A stretch of DNA of 61,140 bases from an uncultured Gammaproteobacteria bacterium. GTDB taxonomy: Bacteria > Patescibacteriota > Microgenomatia > JAMCZE01. Below the pieces are notes generated by a model, which saw only the letters and a program-made list of their open reading frames with translations, was not told the origin of the DNA and made no database searches. Below are positions 37,217 through 45,390 of this stretch, one piece after another (position 1 is the first letter of the stretch; each line of letters starts with the position of its first letter). The position numbers were made by a program, and so were the translations under genes. Location of the stretch: the NCBI GenBank assembly GCA_964641255.1, contig CAZXMM010000002.1, forward strand, positions 1 through 61,140, written 5' to 3'.

Positions 37217-38203
37217 ATGCGGGTATCGGTCGTTATTGTCTCCTACAACGCCAAAGAGCTCTTTAAAAAGTGTGTGGATTCCATCCTGGAACACACCCGG
37301 GACTTCGAATACGAAATTATTGTGGTTGATAACGCGAGCACCGACGGAGTGGTAGACGTCATAAAAAGCTACGGTACTAAAGTTAAAGCTATCTTCTTAA
37401 AACAAAATTTAGGGTTTGCCGGAGGCAATAATTTGGGGATTAAAGAAGCTAAAGGAGACTATATTCTTCTCCTTAATAATGACACTGAACTCATTGATAA
37501 CTCTCTGCCCCTGATATACTTATGGATGGAAGCCCATAGGAAAGTAGCTGTCTCCTCGTGTCAAATGTTAAATAGTGAACAAAAAGTGTCTCCAACCGGA
37601 GGTTATGCCCCCACCCTCTTTAGAGTCATGTCTTGGGCCCTTTTCTTGGACGATTTACCCCTCATTAACCAAGTCTTTACCTCCTATCATCCTCACTCGG
37701 GTGGGGTGCCCTGGGGATCTTTTCTGGCGGACCTGCCAGTTATCGGCAAGTTAAAAAAACAGACGGGAGCAACCGTGTCAAAAGAGGAAACAGCGGTTTT
37801 TCATTACGACCGAGAGTTCTACCCCGACTGGGTGACTGGCGCCTTTTTCTTTATGCGCCGTCAAGCTCTTGACCAAATTGGCCCGCTGGACGAAAACATT
37901 TTTATGTACGGAGAGGATTTAGAATGGTGCCTGCGGGCCAAACAGAGCGGTTGGACAGTGGGTTATACCCCAGTAACGCGGTTTATTCATCACGAACGGG
38001 GTAGTCAGGGTGGCGTACCCAGGGGGGCGGTCCTGGGGGAATTTCGCGGGCTTAAATATCTCTACGGTAAATATGAGCCAATTTGGAAGCAACTACTATT
38101 GGGAACGCTTTTAGATGTGGCCGCTTTTGTCCGCGTGTTATTTTGGCTAGTAAGATTGAAGCCGGCAATGGTGAAAGTCTATATAGAAGCCCTAACTCTT
38201 TGA
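37217..38203 (+). CDS. family 2 glycosyltransferase
   Basis: VSVVIVSYNAKE, VVDNASTDG, GFAGGNN and LLLNNDTE. Confidence 0.8.
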   Translation: MRVSVVIVSYNAKELFKKCVDSILEHTRDFEYEIIVVDNASTDGVVDVIKSYGTKVKAIFLKQNLGFAGGNNLGIKEAKGDYILLLNNDTELIDNSLPLIYLWMEAHRKVAVSSCQMLNSEQKVSPTGGYAPTLFRVMSWALFLDDLPLINQVFTSYHPHSGGVPWGSFLADLPVIGKLKKQTGATVSKEETAVFHYDREFYPDWVTGAFFFMRRQALDQIGPLDENIFMYGEDLEWCLRAKQSGWTVGYTPVTRFIHHERGSQGGVPRGAVLGEFRGLKYLYGKYEPIWKQLLLGTLLDVAAFVRVLFWLVRLKPAMVKVYIEALTL

Positions 38204-38208
38204 ACGCC

Positions 38209-38538
38209 TTACCTGATTCGCTGGCGCATTCTTCCCCCCTTAACTAGAACATATGTTCCCTCGACTCCTTTAGCTAGAACAAGAGCAAGAGATGGAAGAG
38301 CAAGCGGGGGGAAAGCTGCTGCGGCCACGCCCAGAATACCTATGATTGCAGCTGTTCGATAGGTAGCCCAAATTTCCTTTCTGGACAGGTCTTTATTCAT
38401 TTCGACAACCCCTTTAGGGGAATGGCTGTCTAACATATTTGACGCTTGCCATTCGCTGAGACGAAGATATTCACTCCCGGGTACGAAGCTGCGAATAAAT
38501 TTTCTACTAGATCTTATGAGAGTTTCGGTTAAAGCCAT
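38209..38538 (-). CDS. small hypothetical membrane protein
   Basis: 109-aa ORF with a C-terminal hydrophobic segment AAIIGILGVAAAAFPPLALPSLALVLA. Confidence 0.35.
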   Translation of the reverse strand: MALTETLIRSSRKFIRSFVPGSEYLRLSEWQASNMLDSHSPKGVVEMNKDLSRKEIWATYRTAAIIGILGVAAAAFPPLALPSLALVLAKGVEGTYVLVKGGRMRQRIR

Positions 38539-38605
38539 GAATTGATTGTATCAGACCTATAGTAAGATTTCAAGTTAAAGTGTTTTGATATACAATATTG
38601 AAAAC

Positions 38606-39625
38606 ATGATTTCTGTCATTATTCCCCACTACGATGATATTTCGCTCCTTCAGGAGCACTTGCCCAAACTAACCAAGTTGCTTTCTGCCTCAAAGTTGGA
38701 ATTTGAAGTTATTGTTAGTGATGATGCTAGTCCGGTAGGGGTAGTGGCTGAGCTTAGAAAACTCCAAAAAATTTATCCCGCTATTTCATTTATTCTTAAA
38801 GAACAAAACGAAGGTTTTGGGCCAAGTGTAAATCGGGCCGTGAAGCAGGCCCGAGGGGAGTTTGTTTTTGTGCTTAAAAACGACACTCTTCCGGCGAGAG
38901 CCGACTTCTTTGCTCTCCTGCTCAAACATTTTGCCGATCCGCAGGTCTTTGCCGTGTCAGCAGCTTCTCAAACCGAGGAGGATGGCCAGCCCGAGATTCG
39001 CGGGCAGGGTATCATCATTTTTTTCCGAGGGTTTTTCCTGCACTTTAGAACGAGAAGCGATTACGGGAAATGGTTACTGACTAGCCGGTCGACTCGTAGC
39101 CTGGGTGAAAAATTGAGCGCTAACACCCAATCTGAGGCCCCGGGTACTAAACACTCAGCCTGGGCGGATGGCGGATCGTCAGTCTTTAGGCGCGAAGTTT
39201 TTTTAAAACTCGGCGGCTTTAACCAAGTTTACGCCCCATTTTATTGGGAAGATACCGATCTAGGCTATTTAGCTTGGAAAGCGGGATACACGATCGACTT
39301 TGAACCCCAAGCCCTTCTAGTTCATGAGCACCGGCAGGGCACTATTGCGAGACACTATTCAGCCAAGGCGTTAAAGATCCTAAATATCCGTAACCAGTTT
39401 AATTTTGTGTGGAGTAACGGAGATGGGGAACACCTCCTGCAACATTTTTTTTGGTACCCCTACCACTTTTTAGTTGCCCTAAAGAATAGAAACTGGACCT
39501 ATTTTCAGGGACAGTTTGTCTCGATCTTGAAAATCCCAGGATTATTGGCGGTTCGAGCTCAGCGGAAAGGTCTAGTTAATAGATCAGATAGCGATGTTCT
39601 TAAAGAATTCGAGGTTATACAATAG
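38606..39625 (+). CDS. family 2 glycosyltransferase
   Basis: ISVIIPHYDD, VSDDASPVG, GFGPSVNRA and VLKNDT. ATG 38606 is preferred over the track TTG 38585. Confidence 0.75.
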   Translation: MISVIIPHYDDISLLQEHLPKLTKLLSASKLEFEVIVSDDASPVGVVAELRKLQKIYPAISFILKEQNEGFGPSVNRAVKQARGEFVFVLKNDTLPARADFFALLLKHFADPQVFAVSAASQTEEDGQPEIRGQGIIIFFRGFFLHFRTRSDYGKWLLTSRSTRSLGEKLSANTQSEAPGTKHSAWADGGSSVFRREVFLKLGGFNQVYAPFYWEDTDLGYLAWKAGYTIDFEPQALLVHEHRQGTIARHYSAKALKILNIRNQFNFVWSNGDGEHLLQHFFWYPYHFLVALKNRNWTYFQGQFVSILKIPGLLAVRAQRKGLVNRSDSDVLKEFEVIQ

Positions 39626-39753
39626 ATCTTGTTGGGGTTTTACACTCTTGTTCCAACTGGGTCAATTGGTTATAATCCTACCTACTACTAAGCAACTTAG
39701 GTAGGTCTTATGGGCTAAAAAGTCCGAAAGAATGAGAAAGGAAGTGTTCATGC

Positions 39754-40956
39754 TTGAAAAAATCATCAACTACATCAAAGCGCTCTTTAGAAAAAACTAA
39801 GGTTGGTTCTGAAGTAAAAAAAGTAAAAACTCCTAAAGAGAGCGTGGACGCTTTACCTACTCCCGTTGTAAAAAAAGCAGCTAAAAACGTGGCTGAAGCT
39901 ACCACGATGGAGGAGCTACTCGCTCAGGAAAACTACAGCTTTAAAGGTTTTAAAAAGGGTGACAGTGTCACTGGCAAGGTCGCGGCCATTACTGGTAAAC
40001 AGGTGCTACTTGATTTCGGCGGCAAAACTGAGGGGATCGTTGGCGAGAAAGAATGGGAGCAGATCAAAGACTTTGTCTCCACCCTAAAAATTGGCGATCC
40101 GATTGATGCTATTGTCATCTCGATCGAAAACGACCGGGGTCAGATGGTTGTGTCAATCCGTAAAGCAGGGAGCAAATACCGTTGGCAACACGCTGATGAG
40201 CTCCTCAAAAGTGGTGATCCGGTCAGTGTCCGGGGGACCGAAGTCAACAAGGGTGGGATTGTGGTGGATTTTGAAGGCTTAAAAGGCTTTGTTCCTGGCT
40301 CGCAATTTTCTTCTGAGTACCAAAATGATATTGGCAAAATGCTCGGTAAAGTCTTCTTAGCTAAAGTTATTGAGGTTGATCAGGCTCAAAACAGACTGAT
40401 TTTTTCCGAGAAAGCGGTGTCCGGAGCCAAGGATCTTGAGAAAAAGCTCACTGATGTTAAGGGTAAAGTTAATGTTGGGGCTAAATATTTAGGCAAAGTC
40501 AGCGCCATCATGCCTTATGGGATTTTTGTTAATCTTGATAACGGGGCTGATGGCCTGGTACACATTAGTGAGGTCTCTTGGCAAAAGGTGGAGAATTTAG
40601 CCGATTTGTTTAGCGTGGGCCAAGAGCTTGAGGTTCTAGTTTTGGGGATTTCCGATTCTGACGCCAAATTAAACTTGTCCCTCAAACAGTTACTACCCGA
40701 TCCCTGGGTCAAATTGGCTCAAAAATATTCTGCGGAGCAACAGGTTAAAGGTGAGGTGACCCGCCTGTCTCCTTACGGTGTGTTTGTCAGACTGGAGGAC
40801 GGCATTGAAGGGCTGATTCATATTTCCAAAGTTCCAAGTGAAGTCACTTACGAGGTGGGCCAGGACGTGAGTTGTACCATTGAGTCAATTGATGTGACCG
40901 CACATCGTATTTCCCTAGTCCCGGTGCTAACGGCCAAACCAGTAGATTATCGCTAG
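39754..40956 (+). CDS. rpsA: 30S ribosomal protein S1
   Basis: Four S1/OB repeats (GDSVTGKVAAITGKQVLLDFGGKTEGIV, GDPVSVRG..GGIVVDFEGLKGFVP, GLVHISEVSW, GLIHISKV). TTG start preceded by GAAAGGAAG. Confidence 0.85.
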   Translation: MKKSSTTSKRSLEKTKVGSEVKKVKTPKESVDALPTPVVKKAAKNVAEATTMEELLAQENYSFKGFKKGDSVTGKVAAITGKQVLLDFGGKTEGIVGEKEWEQIKDFVSTLKIGDPIDAIVISIENDRGQMVVSIRKAGSKYRWQHADELLKSGDPVSVRGTEVNKGGIVVDFEGLKGFVPGSQFSSEYQNDIGKMLGKVFLAKVIEVDQAQNRLIFSEKAVSGAKDLEKKLTDVKGKVNVGAKYLGKVSAIMPYGIFVNLDNGADGLVHISEVSWQKVENLADLFSVGQELEVLVLGISDSDAKLNLSLKQLLPDPWVKLAQKYSAEQQVKGEVTRLSPYGVFVRLEDGIEGLIHISKVPSEVTYEVGQDVSCTIESIDVTAHRISLVPVLTAKPVDYR

Positions 40957-40960
40957 TTTT

Positions 40961-42100
40961 ATGAAGCTCTCCGAGTCGGCTGCCCTGACTTTATTTGCTA
41001 ATCACGGCCTTGCGCACCCCAAGTTCATTGTTACCTACGCTTCCGGATTAGCTAGATTACCTAAAGGTGACCATTTTGTTCTAAAAGCTAACGGGGCGGT
41101 GGGGGGGAAAAAGAAACTAGGACTGGTAGAAATTGCCAAGCGGACAGAAGTGGGGAAGAAAGTCAAAGAGCTACTTGGGAAAAGCACGCCACAATTGCCG
41201 TTTGATTCAATTCTCGTTCAGGAATTTGTTCCCCATGACAAGGAATATTATTTGGCTCTAAAAGCGGTTCGTGAAGGCGTAGAAATCTATTTTTCAGAGC
41301 TGGGGGGCATAGAAATTGAATCCCATTGGGAGAAGGTAAGAAAGCTAGTTATAACTACAGACGAACTCATGGAAACGGGCTATTCGGAAGAAAAATTGGC
41401 AGATCTTATTCCCAATTCCTTCATTCAGGATTTTACGAAAGACGCCCTGCTATTTTTTACTGCGGAGGACGCGACCTATTTGGAAATTAATCCGATTGTG
41501 GTGACCAAAGACTATCAGGCAATACCACTGGGCGTGGTTCTTGTTCTTGATGAAGCTGCCAAGTTTCGCCATCCCAATTGGCCCAGTGAGTCGGTTAGTG
41601 GGACTAAGTCGCCGAGAGAAAAAAGAGTTGCCGAGATTGACGCCCAAATTAAGGGCTCAATAAAACTGGTCGAAGTGCCAGGAGGCGGGGACACCGCTAT
41701 TCTTCCTGGTGGAGCAGGAGCCGCGCTATTTTTGTGTGATGCCATTGTAAAAAACGGCTTAAAACTGGCCAATTATGCCGAGTTTTCTGGCAATCCCCCA
41801 GATTTTGCGGTGGCGGAACTGACCAGACAAGTCTGTGCCCTGCCTGGGATTAAAAATTTAGTGATTGGTTCGGGGATTGCCAATTTCACTTCGGTGGTAG
41901 GTAATGTGCGGGGTATTATTGAAGGGTTTAAGTCTTCTCCACAAGCCAAAAAACTCAATATTGTGATCAGGCGGTGTGGTCCCGGGGAAGACGAAGCGAT
42001 TGAACTAATGAAGAGCTTTGTCAAAGAGTCGGGCATGAAGATCCAAGTATTTGGGAGAGAAACAGGGATGACAACTATTGTGGCTAAGCTAAATGATTAA
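40961..42100 (+). CDS. ATP-grasp subunit, ATP-citrate lyase B / citryl-CoA synthetase large subunit / SucC-like
   Basis: 379 aa with a SucC-like N-terminus (KLSESAALTLFANHGLAHPKF) and ATP-grasp layout. 8-bp overlap with the next gene. Confidence 0.65.
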   Translation: MKLSESAALTLFANHGLAHPKFIVTYASGLARLPKGDHFVLKANGAVGGKKKLGLVEIAKRTEVGKKVKELLGKSTPQLPFDSILVQEFVPHDKEYYLALKAVREGVEIYFSELGGIEIESHWEKVRKLVITTDELMETGYSEEKLADLIPNSFIQDFTKDALLFFTAEDATYLEINPIVVTKDYQAIPLGVVLVLDEAAKFRHPNWPSESVSGTKSPREKRVAEIDAQIKGSIKLVEVPGGGDTAILPGGAGAALFLCDAIVKNGLKLANYAEFSGNPPDFAVAELTRQVCALPGIKNLVIGSGIANFTSVVGNVRGIIEGFKSSPQAKKLNIVIRRCGPGEDEAIELMKSFVKESGMKIQVFGRETGMTTIVAKLND

Positions 42101-43028
42101 TTCTTTTCGCACCATTCTTATCGGGGGAGACTCTGCTAAAAAGGCGGCTAGCCGGATTGGGGAGTTTGACTATCTTTGCGATTTGCCGTTTTCTGTGTCG
42201 GCTTTTATCAATCCGTCCGCTTCGGCTAGATTTCAACTCGTCAGTTCTGGTGACACCTGGCACGATGTTCCCACCTATCACACCTTAGCCGAAGCGGTCA
42301 AAAATGATCCGAACAGTGATACAGTAAGTATTCATTTTAACGCGAAGTATGTCCTTTTCTGGGTACAAGAAGTGATCAAGTTTAATCAGCTAAAAAATGT
42401 AGTTATTTTGGCCGAAGACGTCCCTGAAAGAGATGCCAGAGAGATTGTGGCACTGCAAAAAAAATATGGCCTTAACATTCTTGGCCCCTCGTCACTCGGA
42501 ATGATCATTCCTGGCAAAGGGCGCGTGGGCGAGATTGGGGGAGATTTTAAAAATCTGCAGCTATGTAGACTGGATAAACCCGGTCCGGTCGGTCTAATCA
42601 CCAAATCCGGAGGGATGTCTGGAGAACTAATGTGGGTAATTTCTCAGCACACCCCAGGTCTATCCGGTATTTTCCAAATTGGCGGCGACGCTTTTCCTGC
42701 TACAGATTTTGTCCACTGGTTAGACTTTTTTACTCGCGAGCCAACCACTAAGGTGGTGGTGTTATCAGGCGAAGCTGGGGGAGACTTAGAAGAACGTGCG
42801 GCAGCGTGGATTAAACTACATAAACCCCGCTATAAAGTCGTTGCGGTGATTTCTGGTAGATTTTTGGAACAAATGCCCAAAGGACAAAAATTTGGCCATG
42901 CCGGGGCGATGCAAGAAGAGTCGGGTTTTGGCTCAGCAGCCCATAAAGTCAAAGTCTTAAAAGAAGCGGGAGTGGAAGTGGTAGAATTTGAGGAGTTAGC
43001 AAAGACCCTAGAAAATTCGAACCTGTGA
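42093..43028 (+). CDS. CoA-ligase alpha-type subunit, ATP-citrate lyase A N-terminal / citryl-CoA synthetase small subunit-like
   Basis: GPSSLGMIIPG, ITKSGGMSGEL, QIGGDAFPATDF and the phosphohistidine loop FGHAGA. An insert IGGDFKNLQLCRLDKPG resembles ACLY rather than SucD. Confidence 0.7.
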   Translation: MINSFRTILIGGDSAKKAASRIGEFDYLCDLPFSVSAFINPSASARFQLVSSGDTWHDVPTYHTLAEAVKNDPNSDTVSIHFNAKYVLFWVQEVIKFNQLKNVVILAEDVPERDAREIVALQKKYGLNILGPSSLGMIIPGKGRVGEIGGDFKNLQLCRLDKPGPVGLITKSGGMSGELMWVISQHTPGLSGIFQIGGDAFPATDFVHWLDFFTREPTTKVVVLSGEAGGDLEERAAAWIKLHKPRYKVVAVISGRFLEQMPKGQKFGHAGAMQEESGFGSAAHKVKVLKEAGVEVVEFEELAKTLENSNL

Positions 43029-43273
43029 TTAAAAGATATTTGATTATCGGGATAGGCGCCTATTTGGCGATTGGGGCTGGGGTCATGGCACTAACGATAG
43101 CCAAAATTTACCCCGGGATACCGCTTAGTTGTCCGGAAGTAAACATTTACGATTACCCGTGTATAGATTTTTTTCCCTTTTATCTTGAGGAGGCCAAAAG
43201 TGCCCCATTCTGGTTTAGCGGAGTGCTTCTTTGGCCATACTATCTACTGATCCTAGTGTTGTATTGGAGATGA
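43025..43273 (+). CDS. small two-TM membrane protein embedded in the citrate-cleavage operon
   Basis: 82-aa ORF. Its GTG start overlaps the upstream stop (GTGA) and its stop overlaps the downstream ATG (ATGA at 43270-43273). Confidence 0.45.
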   Translation: MIKRYLIIGIGAYLAIGAGVMALTIAKIYPGIPLSCPEVNIYDYPCIDFFPFYLEEAKSAPFWFSGVLLWPYYLLILVLYWR

Positions 43274-44049
43274 CTATGAAAGATCTTCCAAAACCAGTTG
43301 AACCCCTGATTGTTTCCTCAGTTTCTCAGCGAAATCAGAACGACGAGATTTCTTATCGTGGTCATGCAGTGTCTGAATTATTAAGAGATAAACGCACGAT
43401 TGAAGAAGTTGTCTGGCTCCTTTGGACTGGAAAATTGCCATCTAAAATTGAGGCAGAATTAGCTCGAACTATTATTGTCATGGTCGCTGATCATTCTCCG
43501 GGTGTGGCTGGTGCCTATGCCACCATTTTGGCAGCCTCTGCGGGGCTGTATATGCCTCAGGCGGTGGCAGCGGGCGTACAAATGATTGGGCCACGGTTTG
43601 GGGGAGCTGCAGGCATGGCTGCCGAAGCTTTTAAGCAGGCGGTAGACCATGATTTTACTGTTGAGCAATTTGAAGATTGGGCAAAAAAAACAAAGGGCTG
43701 GCATACTTTTCCAGGCATTGGTCACAAAATTTTTTCTCGTTCCCGTCCCGATAGTCGGGTTGCTGAACTTAAAACATTTGCAAAAAAAAATTTGAAGCAA
43801 ACAGCTCATTTAGATTTTGCGGTCAAACTGGAGGAAGCACTTCTCAAAAAAAATGAAAAACTTATTCTCAATGTTGACGGTGCAATTGGTGCAATTCTTA
43901 TGGATGTAGGGTTCCCTTTGGAAGGTGTTGATGGCTTCTTTATTCTTTCCCGAACAATCGGCCTCATTGCCCACTACATTGATCAGAAAGAGCGGGGGAC
44001 GGGCCTTATTCGCTTACCAGAAGAGCTAGTCATGTATAAACAAAAATAG
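43270..44049 (+). CDS. citryl-CoA lyase-like protein (citrate-synthase fold, ACLY C-terminal module-like)
   Basis: VADHSPGVAGA, IGPRFGGA, PGIGHKIFS, LILNVDGAIGA and IGLIAHYIDQ. About 260 aa, too short for a full citrate synthase. ATG 43270 is preferred over the track start 43231. Confidence 0.7.
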   Translation: MTMKDLPKPVEPLIVSSVSQRNQNDEISYRGHAVSELLRDKRTIEEVVWLLWTGKLPSKIEAELARTIIVMVADHSPGVAGAYATILAASAGLYMPQAVAAGVQMIGPRFGGAAGMAAEAFKQAVDHDFTVEQFEDWAKKTKGWHTFPGIGHKIFSRSRPDSRVAELKTFAKKNLKQTAHLDFAVKLEEALLKKNEKLILNVDGAIGAILMDVGFPLEGVDGFFILSRTIGLIAHYIDQKERGTGLIRLPEELVMYKQK

Positions 44050-44050
44050 A

Positions 44051-44620
44051 GTGAATTTTGCTGAGTGGTTAATTAGGGTTGAAGTCGAAAAACCTGAGGC
44101 GAGAAGTGTCACAGGAGCCCTTCTTGGTGTGGCTTTGCCCGTTTCCCACCTCTTTGACCCTCTTGCTACGGTAGTGTTCGATCCAAAAGTCTTAGCCAAG
44201 CCATTTCGACCCTTCGTCGTCCACGGACTGGCTGGTGTTCCTGAGACGGCAGTAAAGCTGGCTATTGGGGTCATTAACAGTGCAATATCCGTAGGGATAG
44301 GAGCCTTGTCACTGGCGGCCATCGAGAACGTCAGTGGTATTAAGTTTTTACCCGCTGAGTATCTCGCTGTCGCTTATCCAACCCTCGAGACTGTTGGTTG
44401 GATTACCGATCACTGTGCCCCGTTTTTGGGGGAAGCGCTCAAACATTTAGGTCTGCCGGTGAATGACTATTATCTAGCGACCATGAATTTAGCCTTAGCC
44501 CGTGAGTCAGTGAGAGCTATTGGTTTGATCTTTGCCAACGAAAATGATCTCTCTCGTCGCGATTCTGAAGTAGTAAGTTCCGATTATCAACAAGAACCGC
44601 ATCAGAGCCAGTGGAGTTAG
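44051..44620 (+). CDS. hypothetical protein
   Basis: 189-aa ORF with a GTG start 1 nt after the upstream stop. Confidence 0.4.
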   Translation: MNFAEWLIRVEVEKPEARSVTGALLGVALPVSHLFDPLATVVFDPKVLAKPFRPFVVHGLAGVPETAVKLAIGVINSAISVGIGALSLAAIENVSGIKFLPAEYLAVAYPTLETVGWITDHCAPFLGEALKHLGLPVNDYYLATMNLALARESVRAIGLIFANENDLSRRDSEVVSSDYQQEPHQSQWS

Positions 44621-44748
44621 TAGACCAGTTAAGGCTCCATTCTCTAGCTTGTGGGGTTGGCTACTACTAGACTTGAAGATTGACCCATTTGCTATAATGG
44701 CCTATATGAACGGGCCTGACCAGTTTATGGAAGGAAGGCTTTGCCACT

Positions 44749-45132
44749 ATGTTAAAGGGTGAGCTTGGATGCACTCAGCCCAGGTTATTTCGGGGAGCTC
44801 TTATTGACTTTCCTGGAAATTCTGGGGCGGGTTTAGACTTGGGGTACAGTGTTTCTACTCGGGGGTTGCCCTCAGCAAAGGGTGTCTTGGTTACTGTTAA
44901 GTTGGCTCAATTACATCCCAATACCTCTCCCCCCGCTCCAGCCAATAATTCGAGGTTTACGGTTGAGAGTTTTTTTGTTGGCTGTAGGGTCATTGATGGG
45001 GGCGGGGAAAGTCGGTTTCTTCTGGCTGATAGACCCAGAGGTCAAGTATTTGAATTTGCTGGCAGACCTGTTTTAGTGACTCCTACCTGGGGTAATGAAG
45101 TTAGTGTTAATAATAAGGTGATTTTAAGATAA
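44749..45132 (+). CDS. hypothetical protein
   Basis: 127-aa ORF with no motif. Confidence 0.3.
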   Translation: MLKGELGCTQPRLFRGALIDFPGNSGAGLDLGYSVSTRGLPSAKGVLVTVKLAQLHPNTSPPAPANNSRFTVESFFVGCRVIDGGGESRFLLADRPRGQVFEFAGRPVLVTPTWGNEVSVNNKVILR

Positions 45133-45179
45133 AACCTAAGCCAGATTATTTACTCTGAAAATTGGGGGAGGTGAGAGAT

Positions 45180-45338
45180 GTGTCAAAAGAAAAACCTAGT
45201 TTGATAGTAAGGGCTAAAAATACTAAGGAGGCCTTTATTAATCTAAAAAAACAAATTTTTCCCAGTAAACCAGAAAAAGTCAAACCTGATGAGAAATGGA
45301 GTGAAGTTCCGCCTAAAAAAGACCAAGGCTCAAACTAA
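45180..45338 (+). CDS. possible 52-aa lysine-rich small protein
   Basis: GTG preceded by GGGGGAGGTGA at 5-nt spacing. Followed by a long hairpin GCGGTGCCACCTA...TGGGTGGCGCCGC (about 45346-45390), flanked by A and T runs between convergent genes. Confidence 0.25.
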   Translation: MSKEKPSLIVRAKNTKEAFINLKKQIFPSKPEKVKPDEKWSEVPPKKDQGSN

Positions 45339-45390
45339 CAAAAATCGCGGTGCCACCTATGGGAGTAAAACACTGTGGGTGGCGCCGCTT

